A stretch of 64,000 nt of DNA, from positions 1,054,001-1,118,000 of the forward strand of contig NW_027117339.1 of NCBI RefSeq assembly GCF_038025025.1. The letters are read 5' to 3'. The stretch is from Phyllosticta citribraziliensis (Eukaryota). Shown one piece after another: positions 58,820-64,000 of this stretch (position 1 is the stretch's first letter; each line of letters starts with the position of its first letter). The translations under genes were made by a program, and so were the position numbers. Below the pieces are notes generated by a model that was not told where the DNA came from, did not search any database, and was given only the letters and a program-made list of their open reading frames with translations.

Positions 58820-59241
58820 GGTGAGGCCGCTCACTTGCTGACAAAATGCTTATGACTGACTTTCGACGCAGAAGCCCTGATGGCAAGAATTAAGACTTTG
58901 TTTTGGTTGACGAATTGTACCAAATCTGCTCGCTGTCTGTCTATCGCAACAGAAGAGCAAGAAAGAAAGCGAGTGAGATGACGGTGGTGAGCGTGAAGAA
59001 ATAAAATGAAAAAAAATGCTTCTCTACCTCTCACCCTCACGCACCCGCAAAAGGGGGAAAACTCTGATTCACCAATCACTACCCATCTCCATGGCTCTCC
59101 ATCACCAACTTCTCACCACCGCCCTTCCTCTTTCTCTGTCCCTCTCTACCAACAAAGCACATGCTACATGAGTATCATCCAGCCAATTGCCCCACAAAAG
59201 ATCAACGCACAAACCACCACCACCACCCACCGCACAAAACC

Positions 59242-59264
59242 AAAAAAAAAAAAAAAAAAAAAAA
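59242..59264. repeat. A23 homopolymer
   Basis: Read directly. Confidence 0.9.
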
Positions 59265-60552
59265 GTACAAAACGTACAACAGACGGGATTCGCTGCTGGT
59301 CACCCACGCAACTACTAATCGCCCGCAACGCAGCTTGTCTATGGAAGAGCGGACGGGGTTCCGAATTCTCTGCGTGCTATGGTCGTACGTGCTAGATGAG
59401 CCGGGAAACAAGCATCATGAATCCAAGGTTTGCGTGAGTGAAAGGCGTGGGTCGCGGTCAGAGGGGTGTCAGTGGAAGAGAAAGAGTTGGCGTAATGGGA
59501 TGGAATTGAATGGGCAGGGTAGGGCGAAAAGGTTGGATCGATATCAGGGTGGAAGGGAGTCAGTTGTGGTGACGCGTCCAACGACGCCGACCCGGATGCG
59601 CACGCCAGGGCTAGGTAGGTGCGGTGCGGAACCTGTCGTACTCGAATCATTGCTGTACGAGCAGCTCATGCGATGGATCGCTGCCACTGTAGTCTGGAAG
59701 AAGTGGATACGTACACAGACGACTCGGAGACCGAGCCTGAGAAGGCGCTCAAGTGAGAAGACGAGTGACGATACATCATGATGCAAGCACTCTGGTGAGC
59801 GATCGAATACCCATGCGAAGGAGAATCAGACTGCTATTGTTTGGCTTTTGTTTTATCTTCAAGTCAAAAAGGGGCGTCCGACGACGATACTGCACAGCAA
59901 TCCACCCACCCAGCTCAGATCAAGGCCAAACCAAATACACACAGAGTGTCGCTCCATGGTCTATTCAGAGCGACATGAGAGAACAAAACGACAGTGCCAA
60001 GGAGAAAAATCAAAGAGAAAAAAAGGAAATGGGAATCACGGCGGGAGAAGGAAGATGACGATGAAAACACGAGGGAATACAACAAACGAAAAGGGAGGAA
60101 GAAAACAAGGAGACGCTCAGTATGTGAACCAGGCAAGTCTATAAAAGGCTCGAGGGCAATTTGGTATCTCAATGGTATTCCGACGGCGCTTCGTAAACAA
60201 CGTTTGGCTTGTGCAAGCTGAGGGGCGGCGCTGCGGTCATGCCGAGACGCACGGGTATTAAAAGATGATGACCTGGCCATCATCTGACACGAGAAGGACG
60301 CCCAGGTTGGGGAGAGAATGTTGAAAATCGCATGCGAAATGGTGGAGGGGAGGGCGGTCGACGCAAGGGAAATGCAAGACACGCCGGACGTTAGAAGTCG
60401 CTTCGTATCGGAGCGTACCAATTCCGACGCGCTCGCATGGTTCAAAAAGGTGTAGGAGAGGGCGAGTGTCTTGGGACTGCCAACGACGTGGCCGTCGGCG
60501 TCCTGGGGTATCCTGTGCTCGAGGCTAGCTCGCACCGGCATTCGCTCGCTGC

Positions 60553-63500
60553 TCAGCGGCGAGCACCAGTGACGATTTTGCCAGACGAGTCCATGTTGCC
60601 CGTCAGCTCGGCGACGCGAGCCTTGATCCTAGCGACGCGATCCTCAATCGTTTCCTCGCCAGAAGTTTCGCCATCTTCGGTCTTCATGCTCACGCTCTCG
60701 CTGTGGCGCGGCCTGGTTGACCGATCTTCACTAACTCGCATAGCCCTCTCAGCCGCATTCTTGCGGATTTGCGCCCAACGGTCTTGCGTTGGAGGAATGG
60801 CCTGCTGGGCGTCGTGCATGGATGCTTCGGAAGACGCGTATTCAGAGCTCTCGGCCTGGGAGGCGTCATATCCAGCAGTCGTGTGCTGAGCCTGGCCTGG
60901 ACGGCTTGCGTGCGTGTAAGACTTTTGAGCAGGAGGAGTGGATGGCGATGGTTCTTCGTCGGTGTAATCTGTGCCGTAGGAATTATCATCAGGTCCTTGG
61001 TCGAAGTTGGAAAACTGCTGCTCCGCCTCTTCCTGCTCCCTCGTGTGGACTCGCGAGACGGGCACAGGGCGATCGTGGTCGTATACAATAGCATCCTTGC
61101 GCATGGTAGGGGCTTCGTTCTCGGGCTGCTTCTGGATGGGTTCCGGTGGAGGCGGTGGCGGAGCGTGGGCCGGGGGTTCGGGGGTAGCCGCAACTTGGCG
61201 TTGGTTGGAGTTTGGGCGCGACGTGCTCTCGCGCTGTTGGGCTTCAAAGCCGGCACCAGTGTCGGCGGCAGTCGGATCTGGAGTCTTGTTGCGCTGAAGA
61301 GGATTCTCCTTTTGCCTCTTGGTAAACAATCTCTTGAAGCCGCCGCCCGTGTTCTGAGTTGGCTTCTTAAGCTTCTTGTGCTCGGGCTTCCTTTCGGCTT
61401 CAGGGCTCGTTCGGCCGTGCTCAAAAGCCTTTTGAGCTGCGACAGTGGCCGGGTCGGGCTGCTCAAACTTCTTGCGCCTCTCGGCCAGGCCCGTGGGCGC
61501 AGCTGCGGCTTTGTCGGGACGCTGGGCAGTATTCTTGCTGGGATGACCGTCTTCCACACTGACGGGCTGTTCGTGCGAGGGGCGGGCAGGGCTACTGGGA
61601 CTATAATGAGTGTAAGGGACAGGCCTACGACTGTTAGGATTTGGGCAAAAGAAAAATGAAATCCAACTAACCATGAGTCTCGGTTGGACTGTACGGGCTT
61701 TCTCGGGAGCTCCTTTGACTTGTTAGGCTCCGGAGTGTCCTTGCGCGAAGCTACTGGTTCCGGTGATGAAATGGCTCCGTTGGAGATGTTGGCAGAAGAC
61801 AAATTCTCATGGAAAAAGCCTTTGCCGGTCCCTGCTGCATTGTCTCCGAGATACTGAGCTCGCAGCGCTTCCTTGTCGAAGTTTCTGGCCCACTTCATGG
61901 CCGGTCCCGCCTCGGACGCAACCAACGGCTGCAAAGTCATGACACTGTTTGTCTTGGTCGATGTAGCATCGTCTCTGCCGCGGCGCTGATTGGAGTCCAT
62001 GGAGCCTTGTTGTCGCTGTTGGAGAGCGAGATTGGCCGCCGCTGCTTGGATCTTGGCGTGTTGGTCCGGTCCAATACTCGTCTTGCTCATGGGCGTCTCG
62101 TTTTGCTTGCGGTCATAGGGCTCCTTTGCAGGTTTCTTGCCAGTTGACTTTCTGCGACGGCGCCTGCCAAAGCTGAACTTGCTCTTCTTCTCCACGACGT
62201 AGGCGCCCTCTTCAGGACCAGGGGTGGCGCCCTTGATTTGCTCCTCCACGACGAGCCATCTTCCTCCCGCAAGCTTGGTCTCCACAAGCGCACATCGGCC
62301 AAACACAGCCTTGCGCTCGTTGGGCTCTTCTGGTGCCAAGCTCGTGATCCACACCCAGAAAAAAGTCTCATCCAGGTCAAACTTGTTGATGCTTGCGACC
62401 TCGCCGGGTTCGAGGTTCTCGGCGGTCTCGCCGTGCCTCAGGTGTGACTGGGAGCTCTGCACCCGTGTCACCTCGCCGATTGGAGGCAGTTGCTTGTCGG
62501 GGGGAAGTAGCATTGGTGGCCGTGGGGCCGCGGCTTTATCGTCAGTAAAACCAGAGGACAGAAAGTCTGCCCACGAAGGTGTTGTAGGCCTACCGAGCTC
62601 ATTTGCCATTGAGCGTGGAGTGGTCCTCAGACCACCATTGCTCGAGTTTGTGGAGCCTCCAGTGCCACTTCCAACGGACGTGTCGTCCAAAAAGCCGAAG
62701 CCAAGATCTTCGAATTTGGACCACGATGGATCGGATGAGCCGTTGACTTCGACGGTCGCGCCATTAGCAGTGGAAATGGCTTTCAAAACGCGGCGGCACT
62801 CGTCAGACAATGTCTGGACAGGGTCGTCGTAGTACGCAAACTCGCGGAGCACCCTATCGGACTCGCGATATTCAAAGTTCTTGGCTCTCCGGAGTAGCGC
62901 AAATGGCGTAGGTGATACCGAATCAACAATAAGAACCACCTTGGTGGTCGACGTCAGCATTAAGGTTGGAGGTTCGGGAGGGTATTCGGTCTGATTCAGC
63001 AAGGCCTGAAGGGAGCGGGGTAGGTTGGAGATGCCGGTGATGATTTTGTCCTCTGGCGCAAGAGAGCGCAAGTAGGCAAAGAAGAGATGACTGGTTGCGT
63101 CTGCGGCCTGCGCCCAAGTCTTGTAACCGCCCTCGAATCCTTTGCCCAAATCGGCGTGTTCAAACGCCCACCAGCCGGCCATTCGAGAGAGCTTTCTGCC
63201 ACCAAGCCCATTGGTTTTGCCACGAGCGGCGACAGCGGCCAGTAAATCGAAAAAATCCATGATGATTTGTCGGCGCGCCTCTGACTCGACGCTCAAGGGA
63301 ATGAAGGTGTCAAAGGAGTGCTTGGCCATGCCAGAATCTGTAATTGTTAGGTTCCGATCCGCCAACCTTCCGAGATGAAAGCATACCTTGCTCTCCGACG
63401 CGGAATAATTCATAGGCGTCCCAAGTTACGACGCCTCCAGGAAGTCTGCTCCAGCACCATTTCATAATGCTGCAGAGTACCTAACATGAGGGTCAGCGCG

Positions 63501-64000
63501 GCTGTATCGCACAAGCAATCAAAAAGTCGCGCTGCTGGAGGTTTCGAGCAAAGCGGAGCCTTGCAGATTCGGCGACTCAGTTGCGGGAGGATTTCTTACC
63601 ATTGGCTCAGTCAAGCGCAATTCATTCCGAAGCCCGTCGCCGAAGCACATTGATCCTCCTTGGTCCATGTCTTTGAAGAAGTTTGTGATCAAATGGCGGG
63701 CAGACGTCGAGTCTGCACCAGGCCTGAATGGCAGGAGAAGGAACGGCGTGTCGAGCGCTGCTCAGGTATTAGATGGTGACGGGAGAATGGCGGTGGGGAG
63801 GCAAACTCACCTCTCGACTTGAGCTCCTGCGTACAAACATGAATGAGCTCCTGGACTTGGTCTGGAGAGACTTGCTTCCAGGACCAAGACTCTTGCCAGC
63901 GCGGCTTTGGCGGGGCGTTTGCAGTGCCATCAGAAAAGTCCCCATATTTGCCGCCCTTAGCCTTGGCTCCGTCTTTGGGCTTGAAGACCTTGGAGAAGAA
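60553..64000 (-). CDS. Msb1/Mug8 (DUF1708)-domain morphogenesis protein, 5' partial; introns 63758-63810, 63481-63599, 63338-63386, 61625-61671
   Basis: CTQELKSRALDTPFLLLPFRP, KWCWSRLPGGVVTW, GLGGRKLSRMAGWWAF, RPTTPSWADFLSSGF, C-terminal IEDRVARIKARVAELTG. Confidence 0.85.

Noticed and set aside
48088..60552. Telomerase RNA gene near TERT
   Set aside because: By eye I found no TAACCCTAA-type template on either strand in the intergenic regions. A covariance-model search would be needed to exclude it fully.

Overview
Gene-dense, intron-rich eukaryotic DNA from a filamentous ascomycete (Pezizomycotina; Dothideomycete-like is my inference). It has short GT-AG introns with CTRAY branch points, and I see no transposon, rRNA, tRNA or CRISPR. 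I reconstruct about 21 protein-coding genes by hand: the 3' part of palA/RIM20, CRZ1, MSH4, RSA4/Notchless, a hydrophilic repeat protein, a CobW/COG0523 GTPase, an NF-X1/FAP1 zinc-finger protein, a BIG1/Voa1-like protein, an alpha-type pheromone precursor, mitochondrial MetRS, an M19 dipeptidase, an ILM1-like protein, an orphan coiled-coil ORF, RPL31, a CHY/RING ligase, an uncharacterised zinc-finger protein, BET2, a DH-BAR RhoGEF, TERT, a TBC Rab-GAP and an Msb1/Mug8-like protein (5' partial). Four signals stand out. (1) A Kex2-repeat pheromone precursor carries three non-identical FCxxPGQPC peptides, with a cluster of TCAATAR (MAT1-1-1-like) sites upstream. (2) All seven introns of the meiotic gene MSH4 have non-consensus donors. 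(3) TERT motif C reads DDSL. (4) A spliced uORF ends in a stop that overlaps the CHY/RING start codon. Exon boundaries were derived manually, and family calls come from recognised motifs, not database searches.
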